Shown: positions 18,163 through 29,800 of the stretch, one piece after another
Layout of the letters: each line of letters opens with the position of its first letter
How positions within the stretch are numbered: the first letter of the stretch is position 1
Source of the DNA: an uncultured Acidobacteriota bacterium
Lineage (GTDB): Bacteria > Acidobacteriota > Thermoanaerobaculia > Gp7-AA8
Length of the DNA: 64,000 nucleotides
Assembly: GCA_963822445.1 (NCBI GenBank)
Contig: CAWGHO010000003.1
Location: 672,001-736,000 of the forward strand
Reading direction: 5' to 3'
Program-made: the position numbers and the translations under genes
Notes under the pieces: model-generated
The model's input: the letters and a program-made list of their open reading frames with translations, nothing else
Database searches by the model: none
What the model was told of the DNA's origin: nothing

Positions 18163-19913
18163 CAGGCGGTCTCCGTCACGAGCGGGAGTATGAAGCGAAA
18201 TCGCGAGCCTCCGCCGCTCCCGCTTTCCAGCGAGACCGTTCCGCCATGCCATCGGGCGACTTCTGACACGAGAGAAAGTCCGAGTCCCAATCCTTCCGTT
18301 CCGGCCGCCGACGAGCCGCGAACGAACCGTTGAAAGATCCGCTCGCGATCCTTCGCCGCGATTCCCGGACCCTGGTCTTGGACTTCCACGACCGCGTCGC
18401 CGTTTACGCGGCGCACCTCGACCCGTACGTCGCCGTCGGTGTACTTGAGGGCGTTGCCGACGAGGTTGTCGACGACCCGTTCGATCAGCATCGCGTCTCC
18501 GCGGACCATCACGCCGCTTCCGGCAGTCGCCTCCACGCGATCGTTGCCGCTTCCCAGAAGCTCCGCCCGCGCGCCGACCAGGTTGCCGAGATCGAAGACG
18601 GCGGAGGAGGATTGAAAGTCGCGCAAGGGAAGCCTTTCGAGATCGAGCAGCGCGCCGACCATCGACTGCAGTTTGCCCGCTTCGGCTTCGAGCAGTTTCG
18701 CGACGCGGCGGCGTTCTGCGTCGTTGAGATCGAAGCCGCTCAGAAGCTGGGTCAGGCCGCGCATGGATGCCAGCGGCGTTTTCAGCTCGTGGGCGAGGAC
18801 GCGTTTGGATTCGATCTCCTGCGCGCGCTCCTCGGCCATGCGCGTGGCCACTTCTTCGAGGCGGATGCCGAGGTCCTGCGTCGATGCGGCCATGGCTCGC
18901 GCTTCGACTGTCGCTCCGGTGATGACGATGGCGAGGACCAGCATGCCGAATGGGGCGGCGGTGCCGAATGAGGCGAGCAGCGCGTAGCCGCCGAAGGTCG
19001 CGGCGAGCAGCAGGATCGCCATCGACGTGAGCCGGGTCGCGCGCGAGCGTCGTCGCAGTTGCACGATCGTGCCGGCGGCAAGTCCGGCGAGCAATCCGCC
19101 GGCAAGCGGGGAGAGCACGCGAATGCGCTCGCCTCGCAAGAGCGACTCCGTTGCCGCGGCATGCACGGTGACGCCGGGATCGGGCGCGAGCGGGGACGAT
19201 ACGGGTGTGAGCACGCGGTCGCCGAGGCCGAGGGCGGTGGGGCCGATGAAGACCAGCTTGTTGCGGAGCTTCGTCGTGTCGGCGCGGCCGCGCAGCAGAT
19301 CGAGCGCGCTGATCTGCGGAATCGCGCGCGGAGGCGTGCGGAACATCGGCGCAACCGTGCGGCCGATGGGGACCGATTCTGAGCGGACCATCGACGCGGC
19401 CACGTACGACAGCGCGGTGTAGGGCCGGTCCTCGCTCTGTTTGGTCGTGGCGAAGCGGCGAAGAATGCCGTCGCGATCGAGCTCGAAATTGCCGTGGGCG
19501 ACCGTGCCGGCTTCGCGAATCAAGGGCGCGGGCACGAGCCACTGCTCGTTCTCGACGAGCACCGAGACCGCCGCGCTTGGAATCCGTTTCATCGCCGCCG
19601 CGAGGACGTCATCGCCGGTGCGCGGATCGGCGAGGAGGATGTCGAGGATCGCGCCTTTCGCTTCGGCATCGGCGGCGCGCGACACGATCTGCGCGAGCAC
19701 GTCCCGCGGCCAGGGCCACGGTCCGATCTCGCGCAACGAGCGCTCGTCGATCGTCACGACGACCGACACCGCGGCCGCTCGCGATGGCAACGCGCGCACG
19801 GCGATGTCGCGCAGCGGCAGCTCCAGTGTCTCGACGAAGCCGAAGGCCAGCAGAAGCGTCACGGCGATCGCGGTGACGGCGCCGATCCACAGTGCCGCGC
19901 CCGGCCGAGTCAT
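18162..19913 (-). CDS. CHASE2 domain sensor histidine kinase
   Basis: IDERSL..IGPWPWPR, D.DGILRR, PGVTVHA; AHELKTPL, NLVGNALKY, DQGPGI, GLGLGL. Confidence 0.95.
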   Translation of the reverse strand: MTRPGAALWIGAVTAIAVTLLLAFGFVETLELPLRDIAVRALPSRAAAVSVVVTIDERSLREIGPWPWPRDVLAQIVSRAADAEAKGAILDILLADPRTGDDVLAAAMKRIPSAAVSVLVENEQWLVPAPLIREAGTVAHGNFELDRDGILRRFATTKQSEDRPYTALSYVAASMVRSESVPIGRTVAPMFRTPPRAIPQISALDLLRGRADTTKLRNKLVFIGPTALGLGDRVLTPVSSPLAPDPGVTVHAAATESLLRGERIRVLSPLAGGLLAGLAAGTIVQLRRRSRATRLTSMAILLLAATFGGYALLASFGTAAPFGMLVLAIVITGATVEARAMAASTQDLGIRLEEVATRMAEERAQEIESKRVLAHELKTPLASMRGLTQLLSGFDLNDAERRRVAKLLEAEAGKLQSMVGALLDLERLPLRDFQSSSAVFDLGNLVGARAELLGSGNDRVEATAGSGVMVRGDAMLIERVVDNLVGNALKYTDGDVRVEVRRVNGDAVVEVQDQGPGIAAKDRERIFQRFVRGSSAAGTEGLGLGLSLVSEVARWHGGTVSLESGSGGGSRFRFILPLVTETA

Positions 19914-19960
19914 CGCGGCATGGTAGCGCGTCGTCTCCACCTGCTAATCTCCGTCGCCGC

Positions 19961-22294
19961 GTGGCCTTCGTCCTCTACGCGGCAACCGCGGCGTCGATTC
20001 TCTGGCTGGTGCACCGCTTCGTGCGGCCGATCTCGCTCGCCTCGATGATCGTCATCGCCGTGCTGCCACTGGGCATCACCGGCTACGCGCTGATCACCGA
20101 CTCCGTGTACGGCCCGATCGACTTCGCCTATCAATCCGAGCCGCTTTCCGCGCTCAAGGCGCAATACGGAATCGGCTACGCGCACAACGTCACCGCGACC
20201 GACATCTCTGCGCAATTCCTGCCGTGGCGACGCGCGGTGCAGCTCTCATTGCAGCGTGGCGAGTGGCCGCTCTGGAATCCGTACAACCACTGCGGTCACC
20301 TGATGGCGGCGTCGCTGCAGTCCGCGCCGTTCTCGCCGTTCACGCTGCTCGCGCTGCTCCTTCCCGCGGCGGTCAGCTTCTCCTACACCGCCGCCATCTC
20401 CCTCTTCATCGCCACCCTCGGCGCATTCCTGTTCGCGCGCGAGCTCGATTGCGGCGAAGGCGCGTCGCTCGTCGCGGCGGCGGGGTGGGGGTTGGCGGCG
20501 ATCACCGTTCTGTACTCGCTGACGCCGATGGGATTTGCGACTTCCTTCGCGCCGCTGATCCTCCTGGCCACACGCCGTGTCGTGTGGGTGCCCGGCGTCG
20601 CATCGGCGGCCTTGCTGACCATCGTCCTCGCGCTGTCGCTCTTCATCGGACATCCGGAATCGCTTTTTCTGAATGTCGTCGTCGCCATTGCCTACGCGGT
20701 GTTCGAGCTGATTCGACGCCGCGTCGCGCCGTGGCGATCGATTGCCACCGCGTTCGCGGCGGGGGCGGTGGCGTTGCTGATCTGCGCGATTCAGCTCCTG
20801 CCGTTCTTCGAGGCGATGCCCCAATCCGGGGAGTACGAATTCAAAGAACAGATCTGGGCGGCCTCGGAGCGTGCCTTGCCGGCCGATCGCGCTGCCGCGT
20901 CACTGGCGACTGATCTTTTTCCACATCTGCATGTGCGCCGCTGGGTCAAACCGGCCTTCGGATTGACCGGCGCGGAGACCGCCGCCGCGGGCAGCATCAT
21001 CCTGGCGTTGGCGATTTACGCGGTGTGGCGGCGGCGAACTGCGGAGACGTGGTTCTTCGCGATCGTGGCGCTTTGCTGCATCGCCGCTGGGAATCGCTGG
21101 TCGTTCGTCGTCGACGTGCTGCAGTCGATTCCCATCTTCGACATCGTCCATCACGAGCGGCTGAACTTTCACGGCGCGCTGTCGCTGGTCGTGCTCGCGG
21201 CGCTCGGCGTCGATCACATGATTCGCCGCGACGATTTCCGTGCTGCGGCGGCGACCCTGATCGGCGTGTTCGCGTTTCTGGCGATCGGCACGTTCGCGGT
21301 TACGCGCACCGTCGTCCTGGCGAACGATCCCGCCGATTGGGGCCGGTACAAGATCGTCGCGGAGCTCGGTGGTCTAGCGCTGGCGAGTGTCGTGTTGATA
21401 GCGAAGCGGCGCGTGTTGCCGGTGCTCCTCGCACTTCTCGTTACCCAACGCATCGCTTCGGAAGCAGGCACCTTCAAGACCTATCCCGCGAAGGCAGCCT
21501 ATCCGAAGATCGCCCTCCTCGAGCCGCTGCAGACCATCAAGGAGCCGTTCCGTGTCGTCGGTGCGTCCTTCGCCCTGCTGCCCGCGGCGAACATCTACTA
21601 CGGCCTCGAAGATCCCCGCGGATTCGAAGCCCTCACCCTCGGCGGCCTCGTGCACACCTGGAAGTTGTGGTGCCAACACCAGCCGATCTGGTTCAACCGT
21701 GTCGACGATCTCTCGCGGCCTTTTCTGTCGGTCATGAACGTCCGCTTCGCCATCCAGGCGCAGGGCGCGCCGATCGCGGAAGGCTGGCGTCCGATCGGTG
21801 CTCAGGGCAATGCGGTGCTGCTCGAAAACGAGCGCGTCATCGAGCGGATCTTCATTCCGCGGCGCGTGCGCGTCGCCGACGAAACGCCGGCGCAAGTCGC
21901 CGATCGCATGGTCGCGGCGACTGACTTCCGCGAAATGGCCTGGATCACCGATCGCGGCGTAAACACGCACGAGCGCGACAACGGTCCGGGCTCCCTCACG
22001 CTGCGCGAGCGGCGGATGGGCGGTGAGTATCGCTTCGATGCAGACATGCAACGCGACGGGTGGGTCGTCATCTCCGACGGCGCGTGGGATGGCTGGCGCG
22101 CGTACGTCGACGGCCGCCGCGTGCGCATGCAGCGCGCGAACGCGGCGTTTCTGGCGGTGTACGTTCCCGCAGGACGGCACGACGTGCGCGTCGTGTACTG
22201 GCCGGAATCATTCGTCCGCGGACGGGCCATCACCTTCATCACGCTGATCGCCATCGGTCTTTTTGCGCTGATCCGCCGCGTTCGACTACGCTGA
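19961..22294 (+). CDS. YfhO family membrane glycosyltransferase (GT-C), paralogue 2
   Basis: GTG 19961 aligns with the start of paralogue 1; collinear motifs (GEWPLWNPYN, WKLWC..QPIWFNRVDDL). Confidence 0.9.
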   Translation: MAFVLYAATAASILWLVHRFVRPISLASMIVIAVLPLGITGYALITDSVYGPIDFAYQSEPLSALKAQYGIGYAHNVTATDISAQFLPWRRAVQLSLQRGEWPLWNPYNHCGHLMAASLQSAPFSPFTLLALLLPAAVSFSYTAAISLFIATLGAFLFARELDCGEGASLVAAAGWGLAAITVLYSLTPMGFATSFAPLILLATRRVVWVPGVASAALLTIVLALSLFIGHPESLFLNVVVAIAYAVFELIRRRVAPWRSIATAFAAGAVALLICAIQLLPFFEAMPQSGEYEFKEQIWAASERALPADRAAASLATDLFPHLHVRRWVKPAFGLTGAETAAAGSIILALAIYAVWRRRTAETWFFAIVALCCIAAGNRWSFVVDVLQSIPIFDIVHHERLNFHGALSLVVLAALGVDHMIRRDDFRAAAATLIGVFAFLAIGTFAVTRTVVLANDPADWGRYKIVAELGGLALASVVLIAKRRVLPVLLALLVTQRIASEAGTFKTYPAKAAYPKIALLEPLQTIKEPFRVVGASFALLPAANIYYGLEDPRGFEALTLGGLVHTWKLWCQHQPIWFNRVDDLSRPFLSVMNVRFAIQAQGAPIAEGWRPIGAQGNAVLLENERVIERIFIPRRVRVADETPAQVADRMVAATDFREMAWITDRGVNTHERDNGPGSLTLRERRMGGEYRFDADMQRDGWVVISDGAWDGWRAYVDGRRVRMQRANAAFLAVYVPAGRHDVRVVYWPESFVRGRAITFITLIAIGLFALIRRVRLR

Positions 22295-22306
22295 CGCTCA
22301 CACACA

Positions 22307-23656
22307 ATGTCGAGTCTGGCGCGCTCCTGCCTTCGCGTGCTCCTGATGTACGTCCTCGCGGCGATTGCCGTCGGCATCGTCGTCTACCACCGGTTGCCGA
22401 TCGTCACGGTCGCGATCTGGTCCGGCCTCATCGCCGGCTTCTTCCTCTTCCTGGCCATCGCTTATCTCTTCGCCATCCCGAGAGCCTTCGTCGACTGGTG
22501 GCGCATGCGCCCCGGCGCGAAACCGCGCGACGGAAAGCGAAGCGCGATCATCGGCACGGTCCGACATTCCGGCGCGTCGCTCCATTCGCCATTCACGCGG
22601 CAACCGTGCGTCGCCTATCACTACAAGATCGTGTCGATGGCGGGCGAACAGCCCAAGAACGACTACGAGGGATTCGCGCTCGTGTCTTCGTACATCGCGA
22701 CGGAAGACGGCCAGGTCCGCGTGATGGCGTATCCGGAGCTCGACATTCCCTGGGAGCGCGTGAAAGGGGAGGAGGCCAAACAGCGGGCCCGCGCCTTCAT
22801 CGAGTCGACGACGTTCACCGACATGCGCTCGAAAGGCATCAAGGGCGCGATGGCCGAGCTGAGCGATCTCATGGCCGACGACGATGGCCTGGTCCATTAC
22901 GACCATCGCATCGAACCGGTCACCGAGGATCTGGGGAAATGCATGCTCGAAGAGCGGGTGCTGCTCTCCGGCGACAGCGTCTGCGCCATCGGCAGGTACT
23001 CGGAGGAGAAACGCGCGCTGGTTCCCAATCCGGACGGGATCGTTCAACCGCTGACGATCAAGAAAGGCACGCCGGCGTCGTTCCGCCGCGGACAGATTCG
23101 CAAGGCCATCGGCAGCGCGATCGGCGTCGTGATCCTGCTCGCTCTCCTCACCGTCGCGGCGGGAGTCTTTCTCACCAGCGTTCCCATGGACGCCGCCGAG
23201 CAGCAGAAACCCGATCGCAGATTTTTCTGGGAAGAGGTGAAGCTCGAGCGCTGGATCGAGCGCGAGTACCGGAAGACGCCCGACTCCGGGCCGATGTACT
23301 TCCTCGAGCTCTGCGATCACTGCGCGACCGGCCGGCTGGAAGCGGGAGGACGCGCGATCGAGCTGAAGCACGCCGGGGGTTGGGAGGATGCAACCCAGCG
23401 CGTGGTGCATCTCGCCGCGGCGGAGGGGGAAGCCGACGGCGTGACCATGACTTACGACAAGAAAAAGCGCGGCGGCAAGGTGGCGATCATCATCAACGGC
23501 AGGGAGTTCGTCGTCCCCGACGATTGGCTGTTGCCTTCCGATGTCCAGACCTCGCTGCACACGAACGAGACCCTGGACGGGCGGGTGCGGGTGATGGCCC
23601 CGAACGACTCGATCCGGCTGAGAGCTTCGTTCCGGGCGCCGCTGGAGCAGCGGTGA
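22307..23656 (+). CDS. Hypothetical membrane protein (possible GIDE-like domain)
   Basis: Two N-terminal TM, L.SPFT.QPCV.Y and EERVL..GD.V..IG motifs, third TM, extracytoplasmic tail. Confidence 0.75.
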   Translation: MSSLARSCLRVLLMYVLAAIAVGIVVYHRLPIVTVAIWSGLIAGFFLFLAIAYLFAIPRAFVDWWRMRPGAKPRDGKRSAIIGTVRHSGASLHSPFTRQPCVAYHYKIVSMAGEQPKNDYEGFALVSSYIATEDGQVRVMAYPELDIPWERVKGEEAKQRARAFIESTTFTDMRSKGIKGAMAELSDLMADDDGLVHYDHRIEPVTEDLGKCMLEERVLLSGDSVCAIGRYSEEKRALVPNPDGIVQPLTIKKGTPASFRRGQIRKAIGSAIGVVILLALLTVAAGVFLTSVPMDAAEQQKPDRRFFWEEVKLERWIEREYRKTPDSGPMYFLELCDHCATGRLEAGGRAIELKHAGGWEDATQRVVHLAAAEGEADGVTMTYDKKKRGGKVAIIINGREFVVPDDWLLPSDVQTSLHTNETLDGRVRVMAPNDSIRLRASFRAPLEQR

Positions 23657-23811
23657 ACGTCAAATAATAGTTGCCCCCTCTCGCACTTTCCTGTACCTTT
23701 GACGGTCATCTGACGTCCATTCAACGAGTTGCGCGCCAGAATTCCGCGTGAAGATCCGCCGTCCCGGGTCTTCAGCGGAGTAATCGGGTCCAAGCAAGAG
23801 GGAGCTACAGC

Positions 23812-26800
23812 GTGAAAAGTCACTCGACGGCCGAGGTATCGGTCCGCCTGCGCTTTGCGGTATCGGTTGTGATTCTGGCGACGCTCGCATTCGCGGGTCA
23901 GGCCGCCGCGCAGGTCATCCCGTACTGGGACAACGGCAACGGATCGGCGATCAACTTCGATCCCGCGCCCTGGCCCTCGACCCCGCAATGGATCGCGTAC
24001 ACGCGAACCAACGACTCCATCAACGACCAGCGCACGCAGGATCCGTCGAACGGCGGCACCAGCCCGCAGGCGTACGTCAACGTCTCCTCCGGTTGCACCG
24101 ACCAAGCCCTGCCCTCGGTTTACTACTACTACGACGCCGCGCGGCAGGTCATCTTCTACCGCTGGCGCGTCGAGAACGCTCCGAACAACTACGCCACCGG
24201 TCCCGCGCCTGGCGCGTTCAGCTCCACCAATCCCTGGCAGTCCGCGCAGTGGACCGTGCTCTTCGACACGAACGGTGACGGCTTCCGCGACTTCGCCGCG
24301 CATCTGAACGGCTCCACCGGATCGCCCTCGGCCCCGATCGACATGATGAATGCGATCTGGAGCCCGACCCTCTCCAACACCCTCGACTACCTCGGCGATC
24401 CGGCCAACGTTCACCTCATCTCGTCGAACCCGACCGCCTTCATCCAGGGCACGTCCGGCAACACCAACAACCAGATTCTCCAGTTCAACGGCAGCGCCGT
24501 GCCGACCGTCGTGCAGTGGCCGAACGGCTCGAGCGAAACCGTTTGGGACTACGGCACGACCCGCGCGACCGACGTCTCCACCAGCACCTGCCGCGAGTAC
24601 TTCGTCGACTACCAGATTCCGCTGGGCATGCTCGACGCGACCGCGTTCGGCGGACCGGCCCTCACCCCGGACACGCCGTTCTCGTTCATGTTCGCAACGG
24701 CGAACAGCCTTCAGAACCCCTTCCAGAAAGACATCGTCCTCAACGGCGACTACACCTGCAACGCCACCGCGCCGGCGCCGTTCGGCGATCCGCTGACGCT
24801 CAGCGGCGGCATCATCGAGCACCCCATCGCGACGTCCGTTGCAGTGGGATCCGGATCGTGTGCGTCCGTGCCCTTGTCGGCGCAGATCCTGGACACGCTC
24901 GAAGTCGAAGAGTGCGAGACCGTCTCGACGCTGTCGAGCGCCACGAAGTTCGTCTACTACTACGACATCAACGGCGACGGCCTCGACAACGACGGCGGCG
25001 TCTGGACCGACGTGGCCGCGCCGGCGACGCGCGACGGAACGATCGTCCGCGCGAACTGGGACACCAGCTCGCTCGTGCAGGGGCAGTACCTCATCGCGGT
25101 CGAGCTGATCGACACCGCCACGCCTGTCCCGCACACGACCCGCACCTGGCTGTCGTCGGCGACGCCTCCGATCTACACGAACTTCCCCACGGCCGGCATC
25201 AGCCCGGCGACGCTCGGCGTCAACTACGCGAAGACCATCATCGCCGGAGCGTGCGGCGCGCTGCCGCCGTCGATGACCAAAGTGGCCAGCACCGCGAACG
25301 TGCAGGCCGGCGGTGCGATGAGCTACACGCTCACGATCACCAACAACGCCGCCACGCCGATCACCCTCTCGACCATCACCGACACGCTGCCCGCGGGCTT
25401 CGCGTACGTCAGCAACGATCCAGGCAATCCCATCACCCCCTCTTCTTCGCCGGCGCCTGGCGCGACCGGCACGATCAGTTGGACATTTCCCGGCGGAACC
25501 ACGGTCCCGGGTAGCGGCTCACAGACTTTCTCCTTCAATGTGACCGCAGGCTCGACGCCGGGAAGTTTTTTCAACACAGCGACCGCGGTGACCAGCGCGG
25601 GCACCGTCTCCGCGGCTGACAACACCGGCATCACCGTGCAGACCGCGGCGATGGCCGTGAGCAAGATCGCCGCGTTCTCCTCGGCACCGACCACGCCGAT
25701 CACCACAGTCGATCGCAACGCCGCCTTCCAGTACACCGTCAACTACTCGAACATCTCCGACACGATCACGAACGGAGTCGTCGTCACGGACACGCTGCCG
25801 TCCGGCGTGACGTTCGTCAGCGCCGTCCCGGTCCCCACGTCGGTCGCGGGAAGCGTCCTGACCTGGAACATCGGCAACGTCGCCGCGAACAGCGGTCCGT
25901 TCACGATCACGATCAACGTCACGGCCACGACGCCGGGATCGCAGACCAACTACGTCGAGCTGACGTCGACGAATGCCGCGACGGAATCAGCGACGGCCAC
26001 CGTGCTCGTCTCCGGTCCCGCGCTGACGATCACCAAGACGGCCACGGCCAGCGCGGTCTCCCCGCCGGCGACCGTCGACTACACCATTACCTACTCGAAC
26101 GTCGGCGACGCGGCGGCGAGCATCACCACCGTCACCGACACCGTGCCGGCCGGCTTCCTGCTCGTGACCGGCGCGCCGACCACCGCGGGCTGCACGCAGG
26201 CTGGCGGCATCGGCACGCAGGTGACCTGCACCGTCAACGCGTCTCTCGCGGCCGGCGCCAGCCAGACCCGCACGCTTCGTTTCTCCGTCACCACCGCGGC
26301 GCCGGATCCCTCGGTCAACACGGCCACGGTCAACGCCAGCAACGCCGCGTCGGCATCGGCGAACTACTCCCTCGGCATCTTCAACAACAGCTGCGGCACC
26401 AGCACGATCCTCGGCGTGCCGAACGTGACCGGCACCGCCTACTTCTTCGACAACGTTCAGACCGACGTCACCACCGGCACGGCCGAGCAGGTCGGCTACA
26501 CCCGCATGACCGCGATCGGTGCCGGGTACGGCGTGGGTACGACGGTGACGTTCTCGGCGCCTCCCGCGGGAACGACAGCCACCGGTACCGCCGTGATCAA
26601 CGGCGGACGGGTCGTCGGCATCACCCTGACCAATCCCGGCTCCGGCTACACCACCGCGCCGACGGTCACCATCACCGGCGGCGGCGGGGCCGGAGCGACC
26701 GCGCAGGCGTTCCTGACCAGCACGCAATACACGACCGCGTTCCCGACGCCGGCCGGTGCGGCCACGACCACGCCGCTGACCATCGTTCCGACGACGCCGA

Positions 26801-29800
26801 TCGAGCTGGCCCGCTTCTACTCGCCCGTGCTGTCCGCCACCGACGCGATGGCCATCACCAACATCAACGACGGCCTGGCCGTGGTGCAGCTCTACATCGA
26901 CAAAAACGGCGCGCCGCAGGTCCAGGCCCGGGTCACGCTTTACGACTTCGACCCGGCCACTCTGACCAGCACCCAGATCGGCCAGGGATTCTCGACGATC
27001 GTCAATGGAAACAAGAACAACGAGCCCCACGCGGTGCTCAACCTGAACATCGCCGCGGGCACGGTCCTCCCGGCCGGCCACCGCCTGCTCTGGACCATCG
27101 AGTACATCAGCAACAACCAGGAAAACGACATCACTCTCCGCTGGGACGGCGCGGCATCCCCGTCCCTCGCCCGCATCTGCGCGGCGCCGATCCGTCCGTC
27201 CATCACCAAGACCGTGGACAAGGCCACGGCCATCCCCGGCGTCGATCAGCTGGTCTACACCATCACCTACAGCAATCCCGGTGGCGGGGCGATCCCGAAC
27301 GTGGTGATCAGCGATCCGCTTCCGGCCGGACTGACCTACGTTTCCGCATCGCCTGCGCCGACGTCCGCCCCCGCGGTCGGAGCCAACGGCACCGTCACCT
27401 GGAGCCTGGGCACGCTCGCCGCGGGCGCTTCGGGAACGCTGACGCTCACCGTCAACACGACCAACGGCATGACCGCATCGTCGGTGACCAACACCGCGAC
27501 GCTGACGAACAACGTCACTGCCCCGGTCAGCGCGTCGGCGACGACGCAACTCCGCAAGCCGGCGGTGTCGATCTCCAAGCGGGTCAATGACGCCGCCCTC
27601 GCGCCCGGCGATACGTTCGCTTACACCATCGACGTCGTGAACGCTGGCAACGCGCCGGCGAGCAGCGTCGTCGTCACCGATTTCCTGCCCAGCTTCATCA
27701 CCTCGACCAACTACACCGGTACGACCAACACCGTGGCCACGGTCACGATGACCGCGCCGGGCAGCGGCTACACCAGCACGCCCACGGTCTCGTTCAGCGG
27801 CGGCGGCGGAACCGGCGCGGCCGGTACGGCCATCGTCTCCGGCAACACCGTGGTCGGCATCAGCATCACCAGCGGCGGCACGGGCTACACCTCCGCGCCG
27901 GCGATTCTCATCAGCGGCGGTGGGGGAGCGGGTGCGACGGCGACGGCGACTCTGGCCGGTGTGACCGTGGCCGGCTCGACGATCACCTTCAACGTCGGAT
28001 CGCTCGCGGTCGGCGCAACGGCGACGTTCGTCATCAACGCCCAGGTCGCGACCTCCGGCATTCCCGCCGGCGACACCACGCTCACGAACACCGCGCAGGT
28101 CGTCGACAGCTACAACACCACGCCGCGGACCTCGACCGCCGACGTCATCGTCAGCGCCGCGCCCGTGCTCACGCTGACCGAGACGGCCACGCCTTCCGCG
28201 AACCGCGTGGTGTACGTGAACGTGACCGCGGGCGGCACCTACACCGACATCCCCACGGTCAGCTTCACCGGCGGCGGCTGCACCGGCGTCACCGGCACAG
28301 TCAGCGTGACCGGCACACCCGGCAACTACACCGTCACCGGCGTGACCATCACCAATCCCGGCAGCGGGTGTACCAGCAACCCGACGGTGGTCTTCACCGG
28401 CGCGGGACCGGGCGGCGCGACCGCGACGCCGACGGTCGGTCCGGCACCCGGCGACACGATCACGTACGTCCTCACCGCGACGAACATCGGCAACGCCACC
28501 GCCACCGGCGTGGTGCTCTTCGACGAGATCCCGAACTACACCAACTACCTCTCCGGCGGCACGTTCTCCATCGACACGGTCTACTCGACCGCGACGAACG
28601 TTGCGCCGGGCGCATCGACGCAGCTCACCTACACGGTCACGGTCGGCGCCTCGCTGCCGAAGGGGCAGACCTCGCTCGTCACGAACGGCGGCCTGACCTC
28701 GACCAACACTCCGCCGCCGGCACCGGTCACCACGACCGTCCTCACCGGCGCGGCACCGGCGTACTCGATCGACAAATCGCCGGACGATCAGTTGAAGCCT
28801 TTCCCGGTGGCCACGCTCACCGCGAACGCGGTCGCCACGACCACGGTCACCGTCGCCTCGACGCGCCTCGTGGAGACCGGCAGCTACGTCGTGATCGGCA
28901 CGACCGCCGCGCAGGTGGTCAGCAAGACCACGACGACGATCACCCTCGACACCGCCGTGACCGCGACCTCGGGCACGAACGTCCTGCAGGCCATCGAGTA
29001 CGTCCTCAGCTACGAGAACGACGGCAATGCTACCGGCACGAACGTCGTCGTCAGTGACGTGCTCCCGGCCGGTCTCGCGTACGGCGGCATTCCCACCGGC
29101 GCGACCGCCCCCAACTCCGCACCGGCCATCGGCGCGAGCGGCACCATCACCTGGAACATCGGCACGCTCGTCAACGGCGACAGCGGCATCCGACGCTTCC
29201 TCGCGTACGCCACGATCGCCGGCACCTACACGAACACGGCCACGATCTCCGACGGCAACACCCTCAACACGTACAACGACTCCGATTCGGCCACGGCCAC
29301 GTTCGGCGCGCTCGATCCGCAGAAGACCACTTCCACGCCGTCGATCATCAATCAGGTCCCGACCAACGTCGCCACCTACACCATCACCGTGAACAACCCG
29401 CTGGCCACCCCGGCCACGAGCGTGCACGTGATCGACAACCTGTCGACCGGCTTCACCTATCGCCCCGGCAGCACGATCATCAACGGCGTGCCGTCGGCCG
29501 ATCCGACCTCGGAGTACGTGGCCGGCATCGCTCTGACCAACGGCGGCTCGGGCTACACCTCCGCGCCGACGGTCACCATCTCCGGCGGCGGCGGAACCGG
29601 CGCCACGGCCAAAGCGACGATCTCCGGCGGCGTGGTCACGGGCATCATCATCACCAACCCCGGCTCGGGCTTTACCTCCGCTCCGACGGTCTCCTTCAGC
29701 GGCGGCGCGGGAGCGGGGGCCGCGGCCACGGCCTTCCTCTCCGACAACACCACCAGCCCACAGTGGGCCGGCCTGACCATCCCCGGCGGCGGCACGCTGA

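Noticed and set aside
16807-19542. 911-aa regulator, and similar extensions at 3757..4794, 47893..49488, 50813..52111
   Set aside because: Extensions overlap genuine genes in other frames; true starts are 18162, 4410, 48987 and 51214.
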